A stretch of 64,000 nt of DNA from Euglena gracilis (taxonomy: Eukaryota), in the NCBI GenBank assembly GCA_039621445.1, contig CP154954.1, positions 18,134,589-18,198,588 of the forward strand, in the 5' to 3' direction. The translations under genes and the position numbers were made by a program. The notes below the pieces were generated by a model, which was not told the origin of the DNA, made no database searches, and saw nothing but the letters and a program-made list of their open reading frames with translations. This document shows positions 51,201 through 62,700 of this stretch, piece by piece (within the stretch, counting starts at the first letter, position 1; each line of letters starts with the position of its first letter).

Positions 51201-54200
51201 CCTTCCTCGAGGCAAGCGTTGACAGTTGCTGTGCCTGCCAACGGTGTCAAAAAAAAGAGAGAGAAACCCCCAAAGGGGGTTTTCCCTGCCGACCAAGCCA
51301 ATTTTCATTGAAAATGGTCATTTTCAGGGGGGGGTGCCATAGCACTCCCCACCCCAGAACACCCCCCACCCTGGGGGGGGTCAAAAATGCCTGACCCTTG
51401 CTTGAAACTGGTGGAATTTGAGCAAAATGAGTGCAAAGTTGTATTGGGGAAAGGTTGGACTTTTGATCTGGGAGTTTGATTAAAAAATTTTCCCACCCAA
51501 GTATAAACCCCAAACATTAAACCTTCCTGAGGGGGCCTCCTCCCAAATATGAAAGGCGGGGGGATTTGCTGGATCCTAAATCCACAACAGATTTTTCTTA
51601 CCAGGCTTCTGTCCACCAACCCAGGGGGAGGGTGCCTGTTCATGGGATGCCTGTACATAGCAGACACCCCCCCAGGGGGGCAGGGTCAGTGTTGACCCCA
51701 ATGCATACCAACCAAGCCAAGTTTCCAATGAAAATGGCCATTTTTAGGTCCCGGGGCCTTCAGTGACCGGGGTGTGCTACAGCAAAACCCACCCCAAAAC
51801 CCGACCTGAAATGGCTTTAACCCCCTGCCTGCCCACAGCACCTCCGGGGGGGGGGGGGTGCAACTTTCCTTAACAAGAAGCCCGTTTCTCACCCATTATT
51901 GGCAGTTTTTTTTTGGCCAATTTCGGACCAAATAAAAATAGAAATTTAGAAGATCTCAAAAAAAGAAGAGACAATTTCAATCAAAGACAATTTCCGGAAA
52001 TCTGCACTCTTGTTGAAAAGTATTCTCGTTTGCCGTGTTTCCCATGTATTTTTCAAGGTTTGATGAAATTATTCTCTCAAAAAGTGTTGCAGACTCCTGA
52101 CTCTGCCGTTTTCAGTCATATTTGGCATATTTGGGTCAAAGAATCATTTTTTCGAATTTCTAAAAAAAGAGGGGAATGAGAGTAAACGTTGGCGCTGTGA
52201 AGAACAGTTTCTGGGACCCAAGACACCGCTCAGGTCGTTGTACAACCAACACTCTTTCTGCATTCTGCATTGGCGTTGCATATTTTCCATAAATTTCTCT
52301 TTTCATCATCGTTTCTGTTGATCAAAGAAAGGCAAAAAGAAATACATGTCAATCCAAGATCTTACTTTTATGGTCATGGGCATGAGATTTTAAATTTACA
52401 TGCAGACATTCTTTGCCTTCTTTTCGAACGAACAGATGATGAGAGAGAAACTCATGGGAAATGTGCGGCAGGATGCAGAAAGAGAGTATGGTGAACTGTT
52501 AAAATGGTGCACAGACAGCATGCACACCCACCACAACCAAGATTTCTCCGAGATGTCACTCATGGTCCCTCCGCCTTGCAGGTCACCAGCATTAATTGCA
52601 TGTCTATCCCCAGGTGTGCTAATGTTTATTTGATTTATTTGTTTATTAAATTTGTTCAGTTTCAATTATAAAAAGTTTCTCCTATTTTGGATTTTTAATG
52701 TTGACATCTTTTATATATTTTATGCAATTTTTATTTCCTTTTGTTTATCAACATTTTTTCTTCATTTTTTTCATTTTCATTTATTTTGATTTTGATTTTC
52801 CTTTTTCAAAAAATCTTTCATTCCGTTCAATGTATTCAAGGGTGACAACTTCCCAGGGTGAGGAGGTTTTGTGCATGTATACCACACAGGGGCGAATACA
52901 TGTTCAAATCCGGTTAGGGAGAATAAAAGCACCAGAAAAGAGAAAACAATAAACAAACAATAGCCCATCAAAAAAATGCTAAAAATCAAAATAGTTTTAA
53001 GAATCCTAAAATTCTAAAAGAACAGAGAGAACAGAGTGAATGAAAAGAACAAATGTTTGTCCTTGCGAGAAAGCGACCTCCCTCGAGGCTTTCAGGACGT
53101 GCTTGACCCTGCGGAAACCCGTCCAACTGGCTCCGCAATTCATCGCTGAGGGTTGCTGCCGCTATATTGATTGTTAACAGTATCCACGTCCCGTTCTGGG
53201 CGGGAAACCCGCCTCACGAGGTCGCCTGCAGCAGCCGATGAGGCCACATTGTAACCAAGGGTCGAAAAATACGCACTACACATTCTACTGTGGGGCACAA
53301 CCTCAACAAAAACAACAACCAAAATGTATGCTGATCCGTGTAGCTGCACCGAAAATAATCAATCAACCAGACATTGCAGGAGATCCCCTGGTCTCTGCCG
53401 ACGGACTAACGCCACCTGCCCAGTGAAACGGTTGAATGCCATCGTCGTGAGCCACCCATTTACCCATTTTGGCACTTTGGAGGCCGGCCCCACGCTGTCA
53501 TCGGACCAATAACACTCACAGTGACCATTGAAACTGCTCAACCCCCCAAATGAGACCACAGAATACCCCCCCCCAAACATAAGACCCCCAAAATAAGACC
53601 CCCCAAAAAAGATTCCCCTCCCAACTTTCAGCAGAAATCCTACAAATAAACACCAAAAAGGCAGCACCTTTAATTCACTCCGTCTCAATTATGATGCCCG
53701 CTTGTCTGTCCGGTGCTCAAGCAGATGGGGGGGGGACTTCAGCAGCCAACCTTGCACCTAAGCAAGATTCTGGTCCAATTGCAAAAATTCACAATATTCT
53801 ATTCTGTTGATATTCCAGGATCCCGGTTGTTGCCGCTCATTGCTGGTTACACACCAGCCCAGCCCTCCAGCCCTCCAGTTATGCGCAACCAGAGAAAGGT
53901 CAATTTTAGTGTTTTTTGGCCCTCCACAACCTGGGTTTAACCCCCAAAATGAGAAATGACCCGAAAATACAAAAAACATCAGATCCTTCCACCCTGCATT
54001 TCCTGCGTGGGCAACTGGAACCACCAGGTGATGTCGGTGCAATTTGAAGTCAGTCAAGAAAAGAATGCCCTCTTGTTGGGGATTTATTTGACAAAGAATT
54101 TCAAATTTCCCTCCCCCCCTCCAATAGTGTTACCCCCAGATATCTTTCGAAGTCTCATAGGACCCAAAATACACCCAAAACCCCACTTTGGGGTCATTTA

Positions 54201-55293
54201 TTGTACTTTCTCATGAAACTTGGCATTTTTGGAGGCCAGATGATCCAGAAAAAGGTGTACATGGCCCCCCAAAAATTGGTGCATTGAACCTCCCCCCCCC
54301 CAATGACACCCTGAGCCTTTTTTTGTCTTTCTGGGGGGACATTCTTTTGGACTTTGCTGAAAATTTTGGCAGCCTTCCCTCGGGAGGGTCCAAAATAGGT
54401 CCAAAAGAAATCTTTCACGATGAACAAAATTGTTCCAAAAAATGCCAGCACTGGATGAGGAGGTATGCTGACTTTCACAGAAGAAATTTACTTTTTAGGA
54501 AGTGAATCAAAATCAAAAAAAATCTGCCTCGAATGGTGAGTTCAGAGTGTGGGCATCTGGATGGGGCGTTCCTGTCTGCATTGGGCTGCATAACACGCCA
54601 GGAACTGACGGTGAATTTTGCAGTGGACCATTTCAGATCAGCTTATCAAAAGTGAATTCCAAGTCTTTTCCCTCTTGAAAGATTTCCGGCAAGGGCCTTC
54701 AGGGCACGGCCGGTCGAAATAGGCAGCAGGTGCAGTTTGGTTTGAAAGCAGACGCACGGGCTTGCCTGTGATCTGGTCAACCTGCGAGATGTTGGCTTGG
54801 GGGCCCTCTTCTGTCGCAGTCCATGCCCCACAATTAAAGTTTGTTCAAGCTGGGAAAATGGTGGTGAATTGGGAATCACAGGCCAGAAGTGAAGACAACG
54901 AGGATGAGCAGGCGCATCACACATTTCAAATAAAAAAAACAGTGTGTTGTTATCATCAGAGGATGTGAAACCTTAAATGCAATGCATCCATCCATCCAGC
55001 AAAAAAAGAAAGCAGAAATATTAGAGAGTCCCCAGCTCAGGGTGGACACCTTCTCGTTGCGGGCCATCATCAATGGGGTGCTGTACAGTGTGTGGGTCCC
55101 ATAGGTGTTGTTGAGGTCATAGAAGAGTGCAACCCACGTTACCCAGAAGGTGGGGATGAAGAAACTGGGAGGGCAGGGGCGGCATATGAACATGTCGAAA
55201 AGACTGAAAAGGCCCTCACTCACTCGACGAATGAAATGCAAGTTGCGAGTCGAGCAGCCTAAAGGCCATTGCTACGTAACCCCCCCCAAAAAA

Positions 55294-55328
<35 letters not shown>

Positions 55329-58300
55329 AAAGCCCCCCCCAGCTCGACATTTGGGTGGGATTTCAAAACTCTCAAGAAAGCTTTATAATTGAACGGGGGC
55401 CTCTGCGAACTCTCACTTCCTTCAACTCCACTCAAATACCAATATTACACCAAAGTTCCTCCCAGTTTGCACCTCCCAGTTTTCCCCGAGATCCGCAATC
55501 CTTGCCAAAATCCTTTCATCTTGCAAAAAATGGACACACATGGGGTTTCCAGATTCATTGTGGTTCCCTCAGCAATTGTATTTAACGGATGGATGGATGT
55601 GTGGTTGGATAATTTTGTTGGTGGATTTGTGCTTTGGGGTGAAGGGAGCACAGGACATGCGCTGTGTCTTCCTCCTCAAACGAGTCTAAGCCAGGTGGCG
55701 ACCTGATGTCTTTAAAAGACACTGGATTTTTGCTTTGGCCAAACGGCGGCCAAAAGGCTGGGCTCGAGCAGGGAATGAAAACGGAAAAAAAACACATCTT
55801 TTTTGTTGTGTGGGGATGGGCGATTTTTCAAGGATTCCAGAAATCTTTCTTCCTTGATGTCAACCTGTTTTAACCAAGAAATTCTCGAGCTTTCTGTCCA
55901 TTTTACTGGTTGAATTTGCCAGTGTTTTTTACCTTCAGGACCTGTCCTTGGTGGCATAGGTTCCAAGGGAAATTATTTCATGCCATTTTATCATTTTTCC
56001 CACATAATTTGCCAAAATGTGAGATGAACCTGATATCTTTCTGAATACCCCCCCCCCATGGAAAGCCCCCAGAGGGTTTGATTTTGCCACCAAATATAAA
56101 ATCCCTCCCTCAACACAAAACCACCTTGAGGGTGCCATTCAGGGCAAAACATAATTTTTTTGGGTCGAGAGAAGCCAAATGGTTGTTTCTTTTCTGAAAA
56201 CCAGAAGACTCTGCCAAGCCGCAAAGATGGAGGGCGTTTTGGCACCCCTGGTCCTCGGTGGGATCCAGGAAACACCCGATCAGGGCCACCTGGGAGAAGA
56301 CGGGGTGGCCCTTCATCATGGTGAAGGTCTGGCCAGTGAAGGGGGCCGCTGGCACCCCTGCCCTTGCCACCACCAAAAATCTTGGAAACGATACTTTTGT
56401 CACGTTGGCGGAAACCTGTCCATCAATACTTGGCCGCTCCGAATCTATCCACCATATCCGGAGGGTTCTTTCCCTGCATTTTCCCCACCCCGATCCTTTT
56501 TTTTTTACGCCCAATGTCGACTCCGTGATAAGGAACAAAGAACAGGGCATGCGTGAATGGATAGGAACTCCACACCGACCCAAAGGGACTGATTTCGAAC
56601 TAAAGATGCGTTTGAAGATAAAATGCAAATTGCATACGTTGTGTAAACTTTGCTATTTTTAAAAAAAAATCACAATACATGGAATAAACATCACAATTTC
56701 TGGACACAAAATTCAAAACATACTTAGATGTCATCGGCTGCCCCAGTACCATGGGACGAAAGCAAGGTCTTTCTTAATTGGGAAATTTGGGTACAAATGC
56801 CTCCGAAACACCCCAGGTGCAGCATGTCTTTTTGCAGAATGCCCAACATCTGCTTCATCAAAGGAGTACGTCGAGGGGACGTTTTTGGTCGAGTGAAACC
56901 AAATTCCACACCATAACATACACACACATGCATGTACATATGGTTCCCAATTTGATTTTGAAAAATCGTTGGTGCTCTTGCCCAATTGCAAAAACAGTTT
57001 GAAAAGCTGTCAATTTAAACATTTGTGTGCTCAGGCATCCAAATTAAAATCGTTGAAGCGTTTGGACAATCGTGCAAATGTTTCATTGAAATGTTGCACT
57101 TGTGCAATTGTCCAAATGCATCATTGGAATGAAGCACTTGCACAATTGTGCAAATGCTCCATTCAAACTTGTGCAACGGTGCAAATGTCTAAACAGATTA
57201 AAACCTTTTATTGAAAAAAAGCAAATTGACCTGCCTTTTGGGCCCAAACTTGGGCATTTGAGCCTGTGAGAAACCATTTCTGACACCAATGGGCTCAAAA
57301 AAACGCCCGTGAAAGGCCTAAACCCCAGAAAAAATGAGTTGAAAAATGCTCTTCATCCTGGTTTTCAGAAATGAAATCAGCATGTTGGCTGTGAATATGT
57401 GTATTTGACAAATTTCAAACCTTGGCGTACGTGGAGGGGGTTGGAGAAACACCCTGACATGCTGCCTTCCACCATCGAGTTGTATATATATGCATGTTCC
57501 ACAACATATTGGACGTCGTGGACGCTGCGTCTCCACTCTGCTCTTTTTTCCAAAATCGATAAAGGCTTCAGAAAATAAAGCATTTGCACAATGCAAGAAA
57601 AGAGGTATGTCGCTAAACTCCCACAGAACTGAACTGGTGGCAGTCCTACTGCATTGTTTTCCCCTGCCATTTGTGGGTTGATGCCAGACTTCTGCTTCGG
57701 GGTTTTCAGTAAACTCCCCCAAATAACCCCCCCCCCCCGGGTATTATTTGGTATTATTCTTTCGCCCGAAGTCATGGCCCGAGGGGGGGGGTATTATTTG
57801 GGGGGGGGGCATTTTTTTCCCAAAATTTTCGAAATTTTTCGAAGTCCCATAAAACCCAAAATAGCACCCAAAACCCTCCTTTGGTGTCATTTTTTGCACT
57901 TTCTTGTGAAATTTACCATTTTTTGGAGGTCAGATGAGCCAGAAAAATTGATTTTTTTTCGTAATTTGTTGTCAGAATATTGTGATTTTTACCTACATTT
58001 TCAAGTAAAAATCCGGGCCTTTGGCCCGAAACCGGGGGGGGGGGGTATTATTTCGGCGGCCGAAGTCGGACCCCAAGGGGGGGGGGGTATTATTTGGGGG
58101 GTATTATTGGGGGGGGGTATTATTTGGGGGGGTTTACCCTGGGGGGCTCGACTACGCCAATCCATTTGGGGGGTCTGCTAGCAGGGATAATTATTGAATA
58201 TTGTTCCCCAATGACCGGTGTGAAGCGGCAAAAATTTTTGAAACCCCCAAAACCTGCCAGAAACCTGCCCATTTTGGCTTTTTGGGTTTTTTTTTGGAAC

Positions 58301-61300
58301 AAAATCAGACAAAGGAGACCAGGCAGTAGACTTTGGTCATTTTGACCCCCCCTCCCCCCCCCCCTATGGTGAAGTTCACCGTTTGAAAGTTCACCGGGGG
58401 GTTCCGGACCCCCTCCCCCCCCCCTCTGCCTAACCCATCGGTGAACTTCACTGGTGAAGTTCACCAAGAGAGTACTTTTTTGGCCAAAAATGGCCAAAAA
58501 TGGCATTTTGGGCAAGTTTTTGGAAATTTCGCTAAAATTCCATGAAGCATCAACCTCAAAATGACCATTTTGAGAGGAAAGGAACAAAATTTTACCCATG
58601 AAAATTTCACCCCCAACCATCAAAACGGTGAAGTTCACCGGTGAACTTCACCGGTGAACTTCACCGCCGAAAGTACCCCCCCCTCCCCCCCGGTGAATGT
58701 TCACCGGTGAACTCTCACCGGGGGGTCCACAGCCCCCCCCCCACCCCTGCCTAACCTCCAAAGGTGCTGAACACCTCCCCCATCTGACCAATGCAGGGTG
58801 GGGGGATGTTGACCATTGAAAATTCCCAAATAAGATAATTTATCACTAAATTAATTATTATTATGGAATAAAACTATGTTAGAAAATGCTCTTTTCCAAA
58901 TCGAATCTGGAATCAAGGGAAATGCATTCAGAGAATAGTGGTCTCTTTAGGAAGGAAAAATATTATTGGAGATTTTTTTTGCAACAATTTCTCCACCCAG
59001 GGAGAGAGTCCTCCAACTGGTGGATGTTGAACAAACTCCTCTGAAAAAAAAGTTGGAGAAATTAACCAAAAAATTGAGGGTTCGTTAGAAACCCAACATT
59101 GGCCTGCCATATGCCGGCATTCTCTTTTAGCCGTGGCCAGAACGTGCCCTGAAGACCTCAACCATGTTGCTGATGAAACCAGCACTTCATTTTGGTTACA
59201 TTCTCATTAATTCACAATTATTTGGAAGAGTTGTGTTGTGCTGTGTGCGGGGCAGGCAAGAGTGGGCAGACCCAACCGTGGGATATCGAATCGTGAGGGA
59301 TGAAGGTCGATGCCAAGCAGCTCTTGAGCAACGGTATCTTTTGGGCAACAAAACCATCCAATGACTCAAAGGAAGAACTTTGACAAAAACCTTCCAGACA
59401 TTATCCCTTTTCCCAAAGACCCTCCAAAGCTCTTCGGGTATCCCCAAAATCCAGCATTCAAACAAAGCATCGTGCTGCGTTTCCCCACTCCATCAAAATC
59501 AGCTAATCACCGTTCCCCCGGAATGAATTGGTTCTGCCCAGGTTGGGTGACGTCAGGCACACTTGGGCGTAGGCAAGCACCCCACTCCCTTGCACCATCA
59601 AAGACACCTCCGTCATCTCCATCTCCCCCTCCGACAATCGTGCATCGAACTGTTCTATCGCTTCACTCAAACACAGGGTGGAGAATTGGGAGTTCAAGCG
59701 CATGTGCAGAATCCATTTAACATCCAAGAGATTGATTTGATGAAGAAACTGTATGAAGATTATGTCACAAAAAACTAAATTGGTGTGTGACATATTCACT
59801 TTCTTCATGTCATTAAAAACGTGTTCAGCCCGCCAAATGCCTGCCCTGAAATTCGTGGTCATGAACACGTTTTCCATGAGGGCATTTGTGGCAATGACAC
59901 GTTTTCCATTATGGCATCTGTGGCATTGACACGTTTTCCATTAGGGCATCTGTGGCAATGACACATTTTCCATTACGGCATCTGTGGCATTGCATTAGGG
60001 CATCTGTGGCAATGACACGTTTTCCATTACGGCATCTGTGGCAATCAAGTGTAAGATGGAAAAAACGCTAGCATGAAAATTCGGCGACAAGTTGAGAGGC
60101 CAGGGTGGTCCTCAACGGGCGAGGCGGGTCGGGGGCACTCTACAACACAAGAAACGACCAGAAGTTGCCTTGGAGCACAACGACAAGCAGTGGGAGACGT
60201 CACGGAAGACGACACGCTTTACACACAAAAAAGAGCCATACTTTGGTGGCCGCCGCAAATCTTAGCAATGAAAATGATATGCCAAACCGCAGGCGTCACA
60301 CACAACTTTGTTCAGCTCGACATAATTTGGATTTTTGGGAATGGCAACACCACAAAAACCACATTTGTCCTGTTGTATAGGCAGTCCCGACTGCTGCTCA
60401 CGTTGAGCCACACATTGTTCAATGACGCTCGCCTCATCGAACAACAGGCTGGGTTCCAGCTCCCATCCCGTCCAGGCAACAAAGAAATCATCCAGCTCAG
60501 GATAAGATGCTTGCCGATGTTGACACAGTTTGGCGAACTCCAAACAGTTGGCAACAGCAGCAAGCTCTGCACCTACGGTGCCAGACTTTTTCTTCGTGTT
60601 GCCCTGTGCCAGCAAGGGGCCATGAAGGGGGTCAACCTTCGGCTTCTTGGCATCTTGCTGGTATACCGCAAGAGCAGCCAGGAACAGTTCCGCCCTGGGG
60701 GGAGGTGGCAAAAGACCATTCACGAAGTTTGCCGTGCGTTTAGCCATAGTGGGAGGGCTGCTAAAAAAGGGGGGGTAACACGTTTTCCATCACGGCATCT
60801 GTGGCAATGACACGTTTTCCATTACGGCATCTGTGGTAAGGCACGTTTTCCATTAAGGCTCCTTTTTTTCGGTCCAAATTTCACATTTTCGCGATTTTTT
60901 TTTCCCTTGGCGTGAATCATGACCACGAATTTCAGGGCAGGCATTTGGCGGGCTCTGAACACGTTTTTAAACAAATTGTGGCTGAGCCCAGATTTCAGCC
61001 TGAAAACGTGTTCAGGGGGCCCCCTTCGGGGGCCCCCCTGCTGAACATGTTTTTAGGCTGAATTTGTTTTTAGGCCACAATTTGTGTGTAGAAAAATGTG
61101 TGGAAAATGGGTAAAATAACTCGTTCACTGGGCTCCATGCAGAGCAGAGGGTGACAATCGGAAAGAATGTGGCGGCAACACACCCATGGAATGATTCACT
61201 TCAACCTGTACATCAACAATTGCACAATGTTCTGTACTACGACGTCCATGGAGTCCCGTGTCGTGCTCTTCAGCAGGTCCACAGAGGACGTCATGAGGTC

Positions 61301-61356
61301 CATGAACACCACCCAGATGATGATGGCGGGCACCAGCGACAGGGCAAGGGTCGATG
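45196..61356 (-). CDS. Multi-exon receptor-type class III adenylate cyclase (partial: first exon(s) and C-terminal exons not found)
   Basis: 18 exons join in frame: TM1, extracellular region, TM2, HAMP-like linker, then TLTVMFADIEGFS...GTIDKFIGDCIMALWNAP. Both metal-binding Asp are present, and Lys occupies the purine-specifying position (KFIGD). Confidence 0.92.
45823..45873 (-). CDS. Adenylate cyclase exon 17 (NIVQHNGTIDKFIGDCI)
   Basis: Class III cyclase second-Asp motif. Confidence 0.93.
46363..46476 (-). CDS. Adenylate cyclase exon 16 (RTLTVMFADIEGFSAICE...EYFEAMCS)
   Basis: Class III cyclase first-Asp motif; high GC3. Confidence 0.95.
46788..46824 (-). CDS. Adenylate cyclase exon 15 (IAGKMANDEMYP), 37 nt
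   Basis: Both flanking introns have the exact CAG(+4)/CTG(-8) register and the frame is restored. Confidence 0.88.
47713..47865 (-). CDS. Adenylate cyclase exon 14 (MDRIAQLQF...MERGLRAFGKFVPQAVVKVL)
   Basis: HAMP-like segment and the FGKFVP pre-cyclase linker. Confidence 0.92.
48419..48514 (-). CDS. Adenylate cyclase exon 13 (TM2: FAILGVVSALAVVLPLSVGLWLAARLYTLARG)
   Basis: Hydrophobic helix; exact stem junctions on both sides. Confidence 0.9.
49495..49604 (-). CDS. Adenylate cyclase exon 12 (SLQCTVLMLKNRASVMGSIDAS...KKGVT)
   Basis: In-frame joins with CGG/CCG stems. Confidence 0.85.
49881..49966 (-). CDS. Adenylate cyclase exon 11 (QSWTAIPESTNEAVLSGQQYWVATGYSTG)
   Basis: In-frame joins with stem junctions. 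Confidence 0.85.
50173..50333 (-). CDS. Adenylate cyclase exon 10 (SSHGKYFSHSDVDPRYINPLLNP...ACQQLYSKY)
   Basis: Open, protein-like frame; stems at both junctions. Confidence 0.85.
50706..50752 (-). CDS. Adenylate cyclase exon 9 (DRLVLFFRQPHGFMIA)
   Basis: In-frame; CAA/TTG stem upstream and CAGGGGTGG/CCACCGTTG stem downstream. Confidence 0.8.
53109..53209 (-). CDS. Adenylate cyclase exon 8 (FPAQNGTWILLTINIAAATLSDELRSQLDGFPQ)
   Basis: In-frame; 5' edge uncertain by 1 nt. Confidence 0.78.
53400..53496 (-). CDS. Adenylate cyclase exon 7 (SVGPASKVPKWVNGWLTTMAFNRFTGQVALVR)
   Basis: In-frame after intron GACCGG...CCGATGAC. Confidence 0.75.
54716..54794 (-). CDS. Adenylate cyclase exon 6 (NISQVDQITGKPVRLLSNQTAPAAYF)
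   Basis: In-frame; 5' edge approximate. Confidence 0.72.
55039..55169 (-). CDS. Adenylate cyclase exon 5 (SFFIPTFWVTWVALFYDLNNTYGTHTLYSTPLMMARNEKVSTL)
   Basis: High GC3 open frame; CAGGGG/CCCCTG stem upstream; edges approximate. Confidence 0.78.
56254..56343 (-). CDS. Adenylate cyclase exon 4 (PFTGQTFTMMKGHPVFSQVALIGCFLDPTE)
   Basis: High GC3 open frame; edges approximate. Confidence 0.78.
57707..58139. mobile_element. Intronic MITE with GTAAAC(C)nAAATAA termini
   Basis: GTAAACTCCCCCAAATAA ... TTATTTGGGGGGGTTTAC; repeated GGGTATTATTT motifs. Confidence 0.75.
58314..58759 (-). mobile_element. 3-bp-TSD MITE, inverted copy of 26219-26665
   Basis: GGAGACCAGGCAG ... CTGCCTAACCTCC; TSD AAA. Confidence 0.9.
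59273..59308 (-). CDS. Adenylate cyclase exon 3 (DLHPSRFDIPRL; 3' edge uncertain)
   Basis: In-frame after intron GCCCAAGT...GCTTGGCATC. Confidence 0.65.
59569..59668 (-). CDS. Adenylate cyclase exon 2 (SEAIEQFDARLSEGEMEMTEVSLMVQGSGVLAY)
   Basis: Exact +4/-6 stems at both junctions. Confidence 0.82.
59815..61095 (+). mobile_element. Intact-structure Helentron/Helitron2-like element inside a cyclase intron
   Basis: TT|AAAAACGTGTTCA with a short fold-back, 32-bp minisatellites at both ends, ~50-bp subterminal IR (60918-60970), terminal hairpin (~60971-61085), end GTGTAGAAAA|T; no TSD seen. Confidence 0.75.
60200..60747 (-). pseudogene. Element-borne ~180-aa ORF ending in a PHD finger; one stop codon and one frameshift
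   Basis: CGFC...CDAC-GLAY-HFHC*DLRRPPKYGS/FVCKACRLP gives a C4HC3 pattern once the TAA at 60262-60264 and a T-run slip near 60227-60232 are allowed. Confidence 0.8.
61212..61356 (-). CDS. Adenylate cyclase exon 1 of those found (TM1: STLALSLVPAIIIWVVFMDLMTSSVDLL...QLLM)
   Basis: Hydrophobic helix, high GC3, conserved in the paralog at 22497; 5' edge approximate. Confidence 0.87.
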
Positions 61357-62245
61357 TGTGGCAGAGATGAGTGACACTTCCAGTATTAATCGGTTGAGCA
61401 ACATCTTATAACAAATATTGAACTGCACAATAAACTTAACAAAACTCAAAAAAAACAACTTTTGTCTGGAGTGCGTCAGCCATTGCGTTCCTCGAAAGAT
61501 AAAAGTAAACGTGTTCCATGCCAGGTTTGGAGTAGACGTTTTGGGGGGGGTTAGGGACCCACATTTGGGGGGGGGGTCAATTTTTGGTGAAATATTTTGG
61601 GTGCTTCGTGCCGAAAATAGAGACCTCTCCCCTTCAGAGGGTGCCCACTTGGCCCGACCTACTGGGTGGGAATACCCACCCAGTAACCCCACGTGGGTGA
61701 TCAAAATTTTTTATTTCTATTCTCTTTGGCTGAACGACCCATTGCATTTTAAAGCCACTAGTATGGGTCAAGGGATGAAGCCACTGCCAACGAACAATAG
61801 AGAAATTGCGGATTGCAGTATGCATTTCCCCCCCTTGCATTCTCAGGGCCCTGCCAAGGTACAAGGGTCAGAACAAAGGTGAATGAGATTCGGAACTCCA
61901 TTGAAAGAGACTGATGGGAGGAAATAAAAGATGGTGGGAAATTCAAAAATACTTGGACACATAACAATTTGAGTATAAACCGATCAAAATAAGAATGTTA
62001 CTAGCTCGAGTGAGCACTTTGAGGGGGCCCAGGTCCCATATTTGGGGTCATCTATGCGTGTGTCTGCGTGCGTTTGCATGACAGGAATGGCCCATCCCAC
62101 ATTAATGTCCGCCCTCCTACAGGGTATCACTGCGGACTACCTCAGAAGGCACAGTCACATGGTGAGGTCGTGGCCCAGCACGATGCTTGGTGGAAGACCG
62201 GCACATGGTGTTTGGCATTATTATTCAACCGAATGATGAAACTTT

Positions 62246-62700
62246 GGGGGTGGTGCGGGTCACGGGGGGGTCACGGGGGGGGGGGGTCACGGGGGGGTCA
62301 CGGGGGAAATATGCCACTTTGGAGGTAGTCGGGGGTAGCATCCATCATGTTGCATCCCATCACGAGAAGGGCGGCACGCATCCAAAAAATCGGTGATTCT
62401 CAGGCCCAAAAAGTGGTCATTTTGAATCAGTTTTGGGCAATTTTTGAACACAAAAAAAAAACGCTTTTTTGGACCGAAAATGGTCATTTTGGGGTAATTT
62501 TTTATGTCTGAAATTGGTCATTTTTTTCATTTTTGAAAGGGAATTTTGTTAGGATTTTCTTGACCATCACATTTTTTGGGATTCATTTTGGGCCATTTTT
62601 TGACAAATTCTGTTTTGGGTATGGAAAAGCACCAATTTTTGGCACTTTTTTTAGGGGACAAGATTTTTGGCCATTTTTGGTGTGAAGGTGCGTTGGGCGT
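62246..62700 (-). repeat. Dispersed repeat, inverted homolog of 160-460
   Basis: (GGGTCACGGGG)n end and colinear body. Confidence 0.8.

Noticed and set aside
53985-54050. Extra cyclase exon (TDITWWFQLPTQEM) and similar candidates at ~52200-52250 and ~52540-52610
   Set aside because: Flanking exons already join in frame with exact stem junctions without them.
59813-60970. piggyBac/Kolobok element with TTAA TSD
   Set aside because: Both IRs abut TTAA, but the hairpin beyond the right IR accompanies it in all three copies while left flanks differ, so the IR is subterminal. Kept as an alternative hypothesis only.
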